This document shows, piece by piece, positions 44,808-54,746 of a stretch of 61,218 bases of DNA; the first letter of the stretch is position 1, and every line of letters begins with the position of its first letter. Origin of the DNA: Planctomycetota bacterium (GTDB lineage: Bacteria > Planctomycetota > UBA1135). The notes below the pieces were generated by a model, which searched no databases, had not been told where the DNA came from, and worked only from the letters and a program-made list of their open reading frames with translations. A program made the position numbers and the translations under genes. The stretch is taken from contig JASFYO010000015.1 in the NCBI GenBank assembly GCA_045047305.1, forward strand, positions 1 through 61,218. Direction: 5' to 3'.

Positions 44808-46636
44808 AAAATCCCAAAAGCTTCGTTCTGCGCCTCGCATTTGCCCTCGGCATTTTCGATGCCCTGCAGATGGCCTTGCATCACAATATCACGCCAGCGA
44901 ACAGCGACTGGCAATTGTGGACGACGGTTTATCTGATGCCGTTCGCGTTTTACTGGCTGATTTTCTACCCAGTGCGAAAATTCGTGCCGGAGAAGCACAT
45001 GCTCAAGGTCGCATGGTTTCTTTTCTCTGCACGCTTCATCAAATACCTCATCGTGCACCTGGTGTGGGGTTACTTGGAGGCCGCCTCCATGCGGTTTGCG
45101 ATTGGAATCGTGGCTTGCTTGGTGGTCCTGCTATTGCCCTGGCCGAAATTTGGCGATGTCTTGAAAAAGCTCATGCCAGTTCTCGCCATTCCAGGCTTCA
45201 TCTGCATGGTGATTTTCCTCAACACGCCGGAAACCGCCACGTTTGGTGCTGCACCAACCACTGCAGCTAGGGCCGGATCGCCCAACATCGTTTTGGTGAG
45301 TTGGGATACCCTCCGCGCCGACGTCCTTCCCATGTATGGCGGCACGATGTTGCCGATGCCGCGTTTACAAGAGTTTGCGGATACCTCAATTCAGTTCAAC
45401 GATGCGGTTGCGCACGCTCCGATTACCGGGCCGTCGCATGCTTCCATGTTGACCGGCGTGGTGCCCCCAGAACACGGTGTGCGCTCTAACGTAAAGGAAA
45501 TTCTGCCTGCTGCTGTGCCTCGCTTGCCGCAAGAACTGCTGGAAAATGGTTACCGGACTGGCGCTTTTGTCGCGGCCTATCCTCTGCGTAGTCGCTTTGG
45601 CTTCGCCGACGGCTTCGAGGTCTACGATGACCGCATGGACGAATCCTTCACTTTGCGCTTGAAGGATTTGGGTTACTTCGATTCGATGTGGATCGTTCCT
45701 TTCGCCCCGGTGATGGGTAAAAGTACGCGCGCCTCTACGCCAGGTGAAGTGGTGCAACAACGCGCCTTTGATTGGCTCGATAGTCTGCCGGAGAACGATC
45801 CTTACTTCCTGTTCCTGCATCTATATGATGCGCATGGCCCTTGGGATCCAGTAGGTAAGTACAAGGAAATCGCCGACGCTGGGAAGGGTAAAGCCATGCC
45901 GCTCGCGCCTATGGAGCAAGATGTCAATTCATTCGCTCGCTATCGCGGCGATGTTGCAATGATGGACGACTTCTTGGTGGAGATGCTCGCCGAGCTTGAG
46001 AAGCATGATCCCGGCTTGGAAAACACTGTCGTGTTGCTCACTTCGGACCACGGGGAATGTTTTGGCGAAGGTGGTTTGCACAAGACACATACCGAGTCGC
46101 TCTATGAAGCGACGCAACACGTGCCCATGTTCCTGCATCTCCCAGGCAACCAGGGTGCTGGCTTACAAGTAGAGGAAACGGTCACTCACAGCGATATTTA
46201 CCCCACCCTTATGGCGGCAGCGGGGCTGGAGTCGGATCGTGTACGAAACGAAGATGCGTACCCCTTGCAGCAGGCTTTGCTTGCAGGTGGCATGGTGGAC
46301 AAAGCGCGTTCGGTTTACATGGAAGCGCAGCACTTTAACTTGGAGAAGTCCAAGCTTGGCGATCGCCGCATTCAAGCCTGGCGAACTCCCGAATGGAAGT
46401 TGATTAAGGGTGTTGCAGACGATGACATCCAGCATCTTTGGAAGTATCGGGAAAACGAAGACGATGATTATCTGGTTGGTCAACCGGATCTTGCACAGGC
46501 ACTTCTAGTAGAGCTAGTGAGCTATTTTGATTCACTGATCAAGGTGGAAGCTGGCTCGGTGGAGTCCTCTGTCGCCGACCGCTTTGCAGCAAGCGCGCTG
46601 GGCTACGGTGCCGACGTCGAGGAAGACCAAAACTAG
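44804..46636 (+). CDS. Membrane-anchored sulfatase-like (alkaline phosphatase superfamily) protein A, Thr in the nucleophile position
   Basis: About 5 N-terminal hydrophobic segments; PNIVLVSWDTLRAD, ITGPSHASMLTG, HLYDAH, TSDHGE, LYEATQHVP. Confidence 0.8.
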   Translation: MKNPKSFVLRLAFALGIFDALQMALHHNITPANSDWQLWTTVYLMPFAFYWLIFYPVRKFVPEKHMLKVAWFLFSARFIKYLIVHLVWGYLEAASMRFAIGIVACLVVLLLPWPKFGDVLKKLMPVLAIPGFICMVIFLNTPETATFGAAPTTAARAGSPNIVLVSWDTLRADVLPMYGGTMLPMPRLQEFADTSIQFNDAVAHAPITGPSHASMLTGVVPPEHGVRSNVKEILPAAVPRLPQELLENGYRTGAFVAAYPLRSRFGFADGFEVYDDRMDESFTLRLKDLGYFDSMWIVPFAPVMGKSTRASTPGEVVQQRAFDWLDSLPENDPYFLFLHLYDAHGPWDPVGKYKEIADAGKGKAMPLAPMEQDVNSFARYRGDVAMMDDFLVEMLAELEKHDPGLENTVVLLTSDHGECFGEGGLHKTHTESLYEATQHVPMFLHLPGNQGAGLQVEETVTHSDIYPTLMAAAGLESDRVRNEDAYPLQQALLAGGMVDKARSVYMEAQHFNLEKSKLGDRRIQAWRTPEWKLIKGVADDDIQHLWKYRENEDDDYLVGQPDLAQALLVELVSYFDSLIKVEAGSVESSVADRFAASALGYGADVEEDQN

Positions 46637-46650
46637 ACGAGCGATTGACG

Positions 46651-47274
46651 ATGGCTCGTTATCTCATCACTGCCGGCCCTACCCGAGAAGCGCTCGACCC
46701 TGTGCGTTTTCTCAGTAATCGCAGCAGCGGACGCATGGGCTATGCACTTGCAGAAAACTTGGCGTCGCGTGGTCATGAAGTGATGTTGATCAGCGGGCCG
46801 GTGCATCTGCCATGCCCGCAAGGTGTACGTCGCATCCAGGTCGAGAGTGCCTTGGAAATGCTGGAGTCTTGTGTGCAGGAGTGGCCCTTTTGCGATGGCG
46901 TGATTGGGGTGGCCGCGGTTGCCGATTTTCGTCCTAAAGCAAAATCAGAGCGTAAACTGAAACGTCAGGCGGGGGAGGACTTGGTTTTGGAACTGGAGCC
47001 GAACCCAGACATCCTGGCCACCCTCGCAGCAAGTAAGGGCGATCGCTTGGCGGTTGGATTTGCCTTAGAATCCCACAACGGGGAGCAAGAAGCTTTGCGC
47101 AAGATGTCAGCGAAGCATTTGGATTACTTGGTTCTGAATGGGGTGGAAGCGCAAGGTGCCACCACGTCGCAAGTAGAGCTGTTTCATCATCTAGGGGAGC
47201 GTGTTTTACTTGGCCCTACAAACAAGAAACAACTGGCCGTCGACCTCTTGGATATCATTCTTCAGGCCTCATAA
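46651..47274 (+). CDS. coaB: Phosphopantothenate-cysteine ligase (stand-alone)
   Basis: LITAGPTREALDPVRFLSNRSSGRMG, AAVADFRP, NPDIL, VGFALE. Confidence 0.92.
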   Translation: MARYLITAGPTREALDPVRFLSNRSSGRMGYALAENLASRGHEVMLISGPVHLPCPQGVRRIQVESALEMLESCVQEWPFCDGVIGVAAVADFRPKAKSERKLKRQAGEDLVLELEPNPDILATLAASKGDRLAVGFALESHNGEQEALRKMSAKHLDYLVLNGVEAQGATTSQVELFHHLGERVLLGPTNKKQLAVDLLDIILQAS

Positions 47275-47283
47275 ACCCTCAGC

Positions 47284-49089
47284 ATGTTTACCTTTCGCCC
47301 CCTCCTTCTTCGCTTAGGCGCCTCGCTCGCTATTTTCGATGTCGTGCAGACCGTTTTCGGAGCTGGTGGCGCAGTTGAAGGACTGCCGATGTACCTGGCG
47401 GCGATTTTTATGCCTTTTGGGCTTTTTGGTCTGGTTTATCTGGCCTTGAGCAAGTTGCCGCAGTCTAAAATTGTGTACGCCATCGGAGTCGTCTTGGTGC
47501 TCATCCGCCACGCCTTCTTCCTCCAGCCGATGCTTGCTGGCCGCGACGTACCGCAATCCTTCGGCCTGTATTTTTTCGGTTTGGCCTGCGCCCTCACGAT
47601 TATCTTTGTGCCATGGAAGCCAATGCAGAAGGTGTGGAAAATTCTATGCCCAGCAGCCATCATTCCCGGCTTGCTCGGCATGTTTCTGATGGTGAACAAG
47701 GAGGATCAAGCGACTCAACTTGATGCACCATCGGTCGCGGCTGCCAAGGGCGTTCCCAACCTGGTTTTAATTAGTTGGGATACCGTGCGTGCGGATGTCC
47801 TTCCTATGTATGGCGGCACGGAACTACCGATGCCCAATTTGTCGGCCTTTGCAGCGCGGAGCCTAACTTTTGAGGATGCGGTTGCGGTGACACCCATCAC
47901 TGGACCGGAACATGCTTCTATGTTGACTGGCGTATACCCGCCTTCGCATGGTTTGCGCGCCAACATGCTCGGCCTTGCGCCTCATGGCCCCACGACCTTG
48001 GCCGAGCAATTGCGTGATGCGGGTTATCGCACCGGAGGTTTTATTGCAGCCTTCCCCTTGGTTGCGCGTTTTGGATTTGCCCAAGGCTTTGAACATTTCG
48101 ACGACCGCCTGCTTGGCAATCCACTCCTAAACCTGCGGCGTTTCCGCTTTGCTGACGCGGGCTGGATCAATAGCTTTGACCGTCTGATCCCGCACTCGCC
48201 CACCGCCTACACCCACGGCCCCGAAGTACAGCGTCGCGCCATGGATTGGTTGCAAACAATTCCCGCGGACGACCCTTACTTCCTATTCCTTCACCTCTAC
48301 GACGCGCACGCACCTTACGCGCCGACCGAGCCTTACCTTGCTGCAGCAAAAGCGGCGCAGGGCATCGCGCAACCGACTTCCTTCGACCCCAACGATGCCG
48401 ATGCCATGGCGCGTTATCGCGGTGAAATCGCTATGCTCGACGACTATCTCGCAGAGATTTTGGAGGCTTTAGAAGAGCGTGATCCGGGGCTCAAAAACAC
48501 GGTCGTTTTGCTCACTGCAGATCACGGTGAATGCTTTGGTGAAGGCGATATTTACCACGACCACGTTCCTTCCCTCTATGAAGTCACGCAACACGTACCC
48601 CTGATCCTGCACTTACCTGGAGACCTAGGTGCAGGCACGCGCGTGAGTCAAACTGTCGCTCACCTCGACATTGTTCCAACCTTTCTCGCTGCGGCCGGGA
48701 TTGAGCGCCCAGAATCGCTCGATCACATTCAGTCCTACGCTTTGCAGGGTGCGTTGAATGATGATTTTGCCACCGACAATCGCACCATCTATATGGAAGC
48801 GCAGCAGTTCAAGCTGGGTAAGGCGCGAAAGCAAGGTTGGCGTACTCAGGAATGGAAGCTGGTGCAGTGGGATGGTGGGCATCAGGACCTTTGGAAGTTC
48901 CGCGAAAACGAAACCGAGAACTTTGCACAGCAAATGCCGAAGCTGCTCGAAGGTTTACTCCTAGCGATGCAAGACTTCTTCGACGATCTTCCACAAGCGA
49001 CCGGCGATGTGGTGGAATTGTCAGCGATGAATATGGATCAGATGGGTCAGCTCGGCTACACCGGCGACTCGGGCGAAGAAGGGGAATAA
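47284..49089 (+). CDS. Membrane-anchored sulfatase-like protein B, paralogue of A
   Basis: PNLVLISWDTVRAD, ITGPEHASMLTG, HLYDAH, TADHGE; same TM-rich N-terminus; QLGY tail. Confidence 0.8.
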   Translation: MFTFRPLLLRLGASLAIFDVVQTVFGAGGAVEGLPMYLAAIFMPFGLFGLVYLALSKLPQSKIVYAIGVVLVLIRHAFFLQPMLAGRDVPQSFGLYFFGLACALTIIFVPWKPMQKVWKILCPAAIIPGLLGMFLMVNKEDQATQLDAPSVAAAKGVPNLVLISWDTVRADVLPMYGGTELPMPNLSAFAARSLTFEDAVAVTPITGPEHASMLTGVYPPSHGLRANMLGLAPHGPTTLAEQLRDAGYRTGGFIAAFPLVARFGFAQGFEHFDDRLLGNPLLNLRRFRFADAGWINSFDRLIPHSPTAYTHGPEVQRRAMDWLQTIPADDPYFLFLHLYDAHAPYAPTEPYLAAAKAAQGIAQPTSFDPNDADAMARYRGEIAMLDDYLAEILEALEERDPGLKNTVVLLTADHGECFGEGDIYHDHVPSLYEVTQHVPLILHLPGDLGAGTRVSQTVAHLDIVPTFLAAAGIERPESLDHIQSYALQGALNDDFATDNRTIYMEAQQFKLGKARKQGWRTQEWKLVQWDGGHQDLWKFRENETENFAQQMPKLLEGLLLAMQDFFDDLPQATGDVVELSAMNMDQMGQLGYTGDSGEEGE

Positions 49090-49173
49090 TTGAAGACTCA
49101 ATTCGGGATTACGCCCTGAACCAAGGCGTTTCCACTGTTTTTGCGGGTTGCCAGGCTTTAGGATAGGGGCGTC

Positions 49174-51807
49174 TTGGCACCTACCCGGAAAAAGAAATCC
49201 ACGCGCAAAACGGCTTCGAAAAAGTCGCCGGCAAAAAAGCGCGCCCCGAAACGCAATCAAGCTGGAACGCAGGTTGGTTTTATGGGTGCAGGTGTAGGCG
49301 TGGTTCTCGGTTGGGCAGCCACGATTTTGCTCACCGCCGCTTCCGCCTTGCGTTGGTTTGGTTCGGTGTGCTTAGCAGCACTGCAAGGTAAGCGCGCGCG
49401 CCAACCCTTCGGCATGGTGCTCGCCGCCGCATCGATTTATGTGCTAGTGGCGTTGTTGAGTTACGAACAAGGCAGCGACAACTTATGTGGCCGGCTTGGC
49501 TACAACCTAGCCGATTGGTTGTTGGTCTTCCTTGGCATGGGCGCATTCGTCATGCCGGGATTCGGAGCCTTCTGGGGTATCGCTCGTTTACTGCGCGAAA
49601 GCAGCAGCGGTTTCGCCGAGTTCAAATTGGTTGGCATTGTCTTACTGAGCTTTACAGCTTCCCTCATCGCCCAAGCCGCCGGCGACGTCATCCCCACCAA
49701 TACCTTCCCTCGGGGCCAAGGTGGGTGGATTGGCTCAACGGTTTACCCCTCGCTCAGTGAAGCGCTTGGCCCCTTTGGGATTGGAGTGGTGCTCACGTTG
49801 TTAGCTTGTCTCTCTAGCTTCATGGCTACGGAATGGGCATTTGTGCCGCTGGTGCGCGATTTGTTGAAGCGCGGCGCTGGTTCCCTCAAGCAGCAAGACC
49901 TTCCGTGGGGAAGCAAAGAGCGCAAAGCCATCATGGAGGAGGCGGAGGAAAACCGTGCGAAGGCAGTCAGTGGTATGCGGCGGTTTTGGAACCTGCTGCG
50001 CGGCGAAATGCGGTCCTTTGAAATTGAAGACGCCGGTGAGGCCGCTTCGGGAGCCCAGGCGGAAAAAGAAGTCCAGGTGGTCGATGAAGTGGCTCCTCCG
50101 ATGAAATTGCGGATTGGTGGCAAAGAAGTTTCCGAAAAAACAGAAGCCAAAGCGGTGGAACAGCCTGTGGTGGCGAAGCCAAAACCGGCACCATCCCCGG
50201 TCAAGCCAGTCACCGAGCCCAACGTCGATGGAGAGTTTGCGCTACCGGGTATTTCCGAAACACCAGAAATGCGTAGCGCAGAGTTGGACTCGGAAGAGGG
50301 CATGGATGGGGTGAAGAAGAAGAAGCCGCAACGCAAGCCAACCCTTGCCTCTATGCCTTCGACGAATCTGTTGATCAAGAGTGAGAACGGTAACCAAGAA
50401 GATCAACGCGGGGAGATCAACGAACTTGGTCGCAAACTTCAGGTCGCATTCGACGCCTTCGGTCTCGATGGAAAAGTGGTCGGTGCGGAACGTGGCCCGA
50501 CTTTGACTATGTTTGAAGTCCAGCTTGCGGCAGGTGTTTCGGTGAAAAAGCTGAAAAACCAACGCGAAGATTTGGGTATTGCCTTAGGAACGCACTCGGT
50601 GCGGATTGTGCATCCACTCGCCGGACGCTCTACGGTTGGCATTGAAGTGCCAAACCTAAAACGCGATTCCGTACGTCTAAAGGACGTTTTCGAGGGCCAA
50701 AAGCTCGATGTTGCAAGCAATAAATTGCCGATGGTTTTAGGTTGCGACACCCTGGGCAAGAAGGCGGTTGAGGATCTAGCCAAGATGCCGCACATGCTGA
50801 TTGCAGGCACCACCGGCTCCGGAAAGTCCGTTTGTATCAACAGCATTCTGGTCACCATGTTGCTTACGCGCACGCCAGATCAGGTGCGTTTCGTCATGAT
50901 TGACCCGAAGCAGGTCGAGTTGCAAGTCTTCGCCGACATCCCGCACTTGCTGTGTCCCGTGGTCACCGATATGAAGCGCGCTCCATTCGTGCTTGAATGG
51001 TCGGTGCGTCAGATGGAAGATCGCCTGCACATGTTCAAGATGGTGGGCGTGCGCAGCATCATCGATTACAACGAGCTCGGCGTGAAGGGTCTCAAGGAAA
51101 CGCTTGGCGATGCCTACGATGCGGATGAATATCCAGACAGCATCCCGTACTTTGTCGTCGTCATCGATGAGCTCGCCGACCTCATGATGACCGCCAAGAA
51201 GGAAGTGGAAACTTCTATCGCGCGGATTGCTGCCAAAGCACGTGCCGCAGGCATTCACCTCATCGTGGCGACCCAACGTCCATCCACCGATGTCGTCACC
51301 GGCCTGATCAAGGCCAACCTTCCGGTCCGCGTTTCCTTCCGCGTGAACACTGGCATCGATAGTCGCGTAGTTCTAGATGAAGGTGGCGCTGAAGGCCTGC
51401 TTGGAAACGGTGACTTCCTCTACCGTCCGCCGGGGTCCGGAGTCCTCGTCCGCGGTCAGGGCGCATTCGTTTCCACCAAAGAGGTGACCGACGTCTGTAA
51501 TCACCTGCGTCAACACGGCAAGCCGGAATTCCTCGAGGACCTCATTCAAATGAAGGGCCCAGCGGCTGGCAGCTCCGGCGATGTAGACGATCCGATGTAC
51601 GATGAGGCGGTGCGTGTCATCCTGCAGAGCGGTCGTGGCTCCGCCTCGCTGATTCAGCGAGCTCTTAGCGTTGGATATACCCGCGCAAGCCGCCTTATCG
51701 ATATCATGACGGAACAAGGAGTGCTCGGTCCCTTCGTCGGTTCGAAGGCGCGAGAGGTGCTCATGACGGTCGAAGAGTGGGAAGAACGGAATCAACAACC
51801 GCAGTAG
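49174..51807 (+). CDS. ftsK: DNA translocase FtsK/SpoIIIE
   Basis: N-terminal TM region, GIEVPN, PHMLIAGTTGSGKS, IDELADLMM, ATQRPS, gamma domain SLIQRALSVGYTRASRLID. Confidence 0.96.
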   Translation: MAPTRKKKSTRKTASKKSPAKKRAPKRNQAGTQVGFMGAGVGVVLGWAATILLTAASALRWFGSVCLAALQGKRARQPFGMVLAAASIYVLVALLSYEQGSDNLCGRLGYNLADWLLVFLGMGAFVMPGFGAFWGIARLLRESSSGFAEFKLVGIVLLSFTASLIAQAAGDVIPTNTFPRGQGGWIGSTVYPSLSEALGPFGIGVVLTLLACLSSFMATEWAFVPLVRDLLKRGAGSLKQQDLPWGSKERKAIMEEAEENRAKAVSGMRRFWNLLRGEMRSFEIEDAGEAASGAQAEKEVQVVDEVAPPMKLRIGGKEVSEKTEAKAVEQPVVAKPKPAPSPVKPVTEPNVDGEFALPGISETPEMRSAELDSEEGMDGVKKKKPQRKPTLASMPSTNLLIKSENGNQEDQRGEINELGRKLQVAFDAFGLDGKVVGAERGPTLTMFEVQLAAGVSVKKLKNQREDLGIALGTHSVRIVHPLAGRSTVGIEVPNLKRDSVRLKDVFEGQKLDVASNKLPMVLGCDTLGKKAVEDLAKMPHMLIAGTTGSGKSVCINSILVTMLLTRTPDQVRFVMIDPKQVELQVFADIPHLLCPVVTDMKRAPFVLEWSVRQMEDRLHMFKMVGVRSIIDYNELGVKGLKETLGDAYDADEYPDSIPYFVVVIDELADLMMTAKKEVETSIARIAAKARAAGIHLIVATQRPSTDVVTGLIKANLPVRVSFRVNTGIDSRVVLDEGGAEGLLGNGDFLYRPPGSGVLVRGQGAFVSTKEVTDVCNHLRQHGKPEFLEDLIQMKGPAAGSSGDVDDPMYDEAVRVILQSGRGSASLIQRALSVGYTRASRLIDIMTEQGVLGPFVGSKAREVLMTVEEWEERNQQPQ

Positions 51808-53153
51808 CGGAGGGCACGCGTGCCATTCACATCGCATTGATCCATTTGGGTTGTGCGCGCAACCTGATTGACTCGGAGAACATTCTCGGGCGACTCGGCG
51901 CGGAAGGCTATACGCTGACCGGCGATGTCGACCAGGCCGATGTCGCGATTCTGAATACGTGCAGTTTCATTGGGCCTGCACGAGAGGAATCAGAAGGTCA
52001 GATCCGCGATTTACTGGAGAAAAAGGCTGCCGGAAATCTGCGCGGCGTCATCGTCGCCGGATGTCTGCCAGAGAAATTTCGCCCCGAGGTGGAGGAGAAG
52101 TTCCCACAGATCGATGCGATTTTGGGATTGAGCGATTACTCCAACGTCGCGCGGATCGTGGAAGAGGTGCTCAAGGGCCGCAAAGTCCGCGAAGATTCCG
52201 GCGGGCGCGCTCCGCAGGGTCAAGGCGAGTTTTTGCGCTTGCTGCAAACTCCTCGCAGTTATGCGTATTTGCGTCCTAGCCACGGCTGTGACCACAACTG
52301 CGCTTTTTGCATTATCCCGCAAATCCGTGGACGTCAGGCGAGTAAGCCAGTCGAAGCAGTGGTGGAAGAGGTCGAGCGCCTGGTCGCGCAAGGGGTGAAG
52401 GAAGTCGTCATGGTGGCGGAGGACAGCACTGGTTATGGCCGCGATAAGGAGAAGGGGCACGCGCGTTTGCCGGAGCTGGTCGACGCCATGGCACAAGTGG
52501 ACGGCCTCAAGTGGTTGCGCATCATGTATGCCTATCCCAACAACTTTCCATGGGGTTTGACCGATGTCATCAACAAGAACGACAACGTTCTTCCGTACCT
52601 CGATATCCCAACCCAGCACATCAGCACCCAAGTGTTGAAACGTATGGCGCGTGGCGGGAGTAAGGAGAGCGTGACACGTATCGTGCAGCGTCTGCGCGAT
52701 GAAGTCCCAGGGATTGCGCTACGTACCACCGTGCTCGTCGGCCATCCCGGCGAAGGCAAGGCCGAATTCGAGGAGCTTTTGGAGTGGCTGGAGGAGTTCC
52801 ACTTTGAGCGTCTCGGCGCATTCTCCTTTTCCCCGGAAGTCAGTGCTCCCGCCGGCGCCGATGAAGATCGCTGCAGCCCAGAAGAGGCTCTCGAGCGCCA
52901 AGACCGCGTGATGGAGCTGCAAATGCGCATGCACGCGAAGTTTCAGGAGAGTTTGGTCGGGCGTAAGTTGCCAGTTTTGATCGACGAATCCGCAGGAGAA
53001 TGGGCCTTTGGTCGCACCTGGGCCGATGCGCCTGAGGTCGATGGCATGGTCAAGATTCACGACCCAAATCACAATCTCAGCACTGGCTCCATGCCAGAGG
53101 TGTTAGTCACCGCGGCGGATGGTTACGATTTGATAGCAGAAGTCGTCTGCTAA
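51777..53153 (+). CDS. rimO: Ribosomal protein S12 methylthiotransferase
   Basis: LGCARNLIDSE, NTCSFI, GCDHNCAFCIIP, RIMYAYP, YLDIP, DAPEVDG (TRAM); start uncertain. Confidence 0.93.
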   Translation: MGRTESTTAVAEGTRAIHIALIHLGCARNLIDSENILGRLGAEGYTLTGDVDQADVAILNTCSFIGPAREESEGQIRDLLEKKAAGNLRGVIVAGCLPEKFRPEVEEKFPQIDAILGLSDYSNVARIVEEVLKGRKVREDSGGRAPQGQGEFLRLLQTPRSYAYLRPSHGCDHNCAFCIIPQIRGRQASKPVEAVVEEVERLVAQGVKEVVMVAEDSTGYGRDKEKGHARLPELVDAMAQVDGLKWLRIMYAYPNNFPWGLTDVINKNDNVLPYLDIPTQHISTQVLKRMARGGSKESVTRIVQRLRDEVPGIALRTTVLVGHPGEGKAEFEELLEWLEEFHFERLGAFSFSPEVSAPAGADEDRCSPEEALERQDRVMELQMRMHAKFQESLVGRKLPVLIDESAGEWAFGRTWADAPEVDGMVKIHDPNHNLSTGSMPEVLVTAADGYDLIAEVVC

Positions 53154-53176
53154 CCCCTCAAGCCGAACCCACCTTT

Positions 53177-53815
53177 ATGCTCGCCCGCCAAGTCCCGAAC
53201 CTCGTGACCGGAGCCCGCCTCGTGCTGGCCGTGGCCGCGTTCGCATTCATGGGCGAAGTGATGAAGGTCGAGCTCACCGATTTGGGAGCAGCGCGCGGTC
53301 CTGCCTTGTGGGCCTTCTGGCTATTCCTCATTGCTGCGATTACCGATTTCGTCGACGGCTACCTTGCTCGCAGGTATGGATGGCTTACCGCGCTCGGCCG
53401 CGTGGCTGATCCGGTAGTCGACAAGGTTTTGATTCTTGGTTCGCTGACTTACCTGGCCGCAAGCCCACAGTATGCCCGCCCCGATGATCTATTCGAGGTC
53501 ATGCCGGTTTGGGCTGTGGTGCTTATGTTGGGCCGCGAGTTTTTGGTCACCGCTCTGCGCGGGTTGATAGAAAGCAAAGGTATGGAGTTCCCCGCAGATC
53601 GTTTCGGCAAGCTTAAGTTGGTGGCGCAAGTGGTTTACATTTGCATCGCACTTGGGATCCTCGGTGGCATACCGAGCGTGATTCATTTCCCGCTGTTGGA
53701 ACACATTCGTAATCCCTACTTCTTTGCTGGTGTATTCTGGCTCATGATGGGGCTTACCTTGTTCTCAGGATTGAACTATTGCAAGCGCGGTTTCGCAATG
53801 ATGAAGGCATCATGA
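53177..53815 (+). CDS. pgsA: CDP-alcohol phosphatidyltransferase (PgsA-like)
   Basis: PNLVTGAR, TDFVDGYLARR...LGRVADPVVDK, GREFLVTALR. Confidence 0.88.
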   Translation: MLARQVPNLVTGARLVLAVAAFAFMGEVMKVELTDLGAARGPALWAFWLFLIAAITDFVDGYLARRYGWLTALGRVADPVVDKVLILGSLTYLAASPQYARPDDLFEVMPVWAVVLMLGREFLVTALRGLIESKGMEFPADRFGKLKLVAQVVYICIALGILGGIPSVIHFPLLEHIRNPYFFAGVFWLMMGLTLFSGLNYCKRGFAMMKAS

Positions 53816-54720
53816 GCGGTGAACTTGAAGACCTACAGGACTTGTTGGACCGCATGGAGCGCTTGCCGCGTTCTGAGTGCAAGGATTTAACTTCTTTGCT
53901 GAAAGGTTGGCTGGCGTCGCAGCACGAGGCCGAGGCGGTAGAGGAAGATGCTTTGCCGCAGCAGTTTGGCATGATTGGCGACAGCCCCGCGATGAAACGG
54001 GTTTTCGATTTGCTGGGGCGCATCGTGCGCACGGATATTCCTGTGTTGGTGCTTGGTGAAAGCGGAACCGGAAAGGAACTCATCGCAAAAGCGTTGCATA
54101 AGTATGGTGCACGTCGTCGCAAGAGATTGGTTTCGGTGAACTGTGCTGCGATTCCAGCCGAATTGTTGGAAGCAGAGATTTTTGGACACACCAAGGGTTC
54201 GTTCACTGGCGCACATAAAGATCGCATCGGATACGCTGAAGCTGCAGAAGGTGGAACTTTGTTTTTGGATGAGATTGGCGAAATGCAACTCGACCTTCAA
54301 GCGAAGATGTTGCGCTTTCTGCAAGATGGAGAAATCCGCCCAGTGGGTGCGAATAAAAGCAAAAAGGTGGATGCGCGCATTGTCGCGGCTACCAATCGCA
54401 ACTTGCAGGTACGCGTTGCCAAGGGCGAGTTTCGTGAAGACCTTTACTACCGCTTAGCAGTGATGCCTTTGGAGTTGCCGGCATTGCGTGAGCGCGCAGA
54501 AGACATTCCCCATTTGGTTCCATTTTTGTTGGCACAGCAAGCTGCAGCAGGGTTGCCCGCGGCAAAAATTAGCGGTGCTGCAGTGGCAAAAATACAGGCC
54601 TACGCTTGGCCAGGGAATATTCGTCAGCTGCAAAACGAATTAATCCGGGCAGCAACCTTCGCTACGGATGGCATCATCGAGCCGTCTGATTTGTCGGACG
54701 ATGTACAGGCAGCCAGTTAG
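53812..54720 (+). CDS. Sigma-54 activator AAA+ domain protein without a receiver or HTH
   Basis: GESGTGKE, NCAAIP, GSFTGA, LFLDEIGE, AATNR, FREDLYYRL, WPGNIRQL; ends soon after the AAA+ lid. ATGA overlap with pgsA. Confidence 0.88.
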   Translation: MSGELEDLQDLLDRMERLPRSECKDLTSLLKGWLASQHEAEAVEEDALPQQFGMIGDSPAMKRVFDLLGRIVRTDIPVLVLGESGTGKELIAKALHKYGARRRKRLVSVNCAAIPAELLEAEIFGHTKGSFTGAHKDRIGYAEAAEGGTLFLDEIGEMQLDLQAKMLRFLQDGEIRPVGANKSKKVDARIVAATNRNLQVRVAKGEFREDLYYRLAVMPLELPALRERAEDIPHLVPFLLAQQAAAGLPAAKISGAAVAKIQAYAWPGNIRQLQNELIRAATFATDGIIEPSDLSDDVQAAS

Positions 54721-54746
54721 GCATTGCTTCGAAAGCAGGCCTTCGG

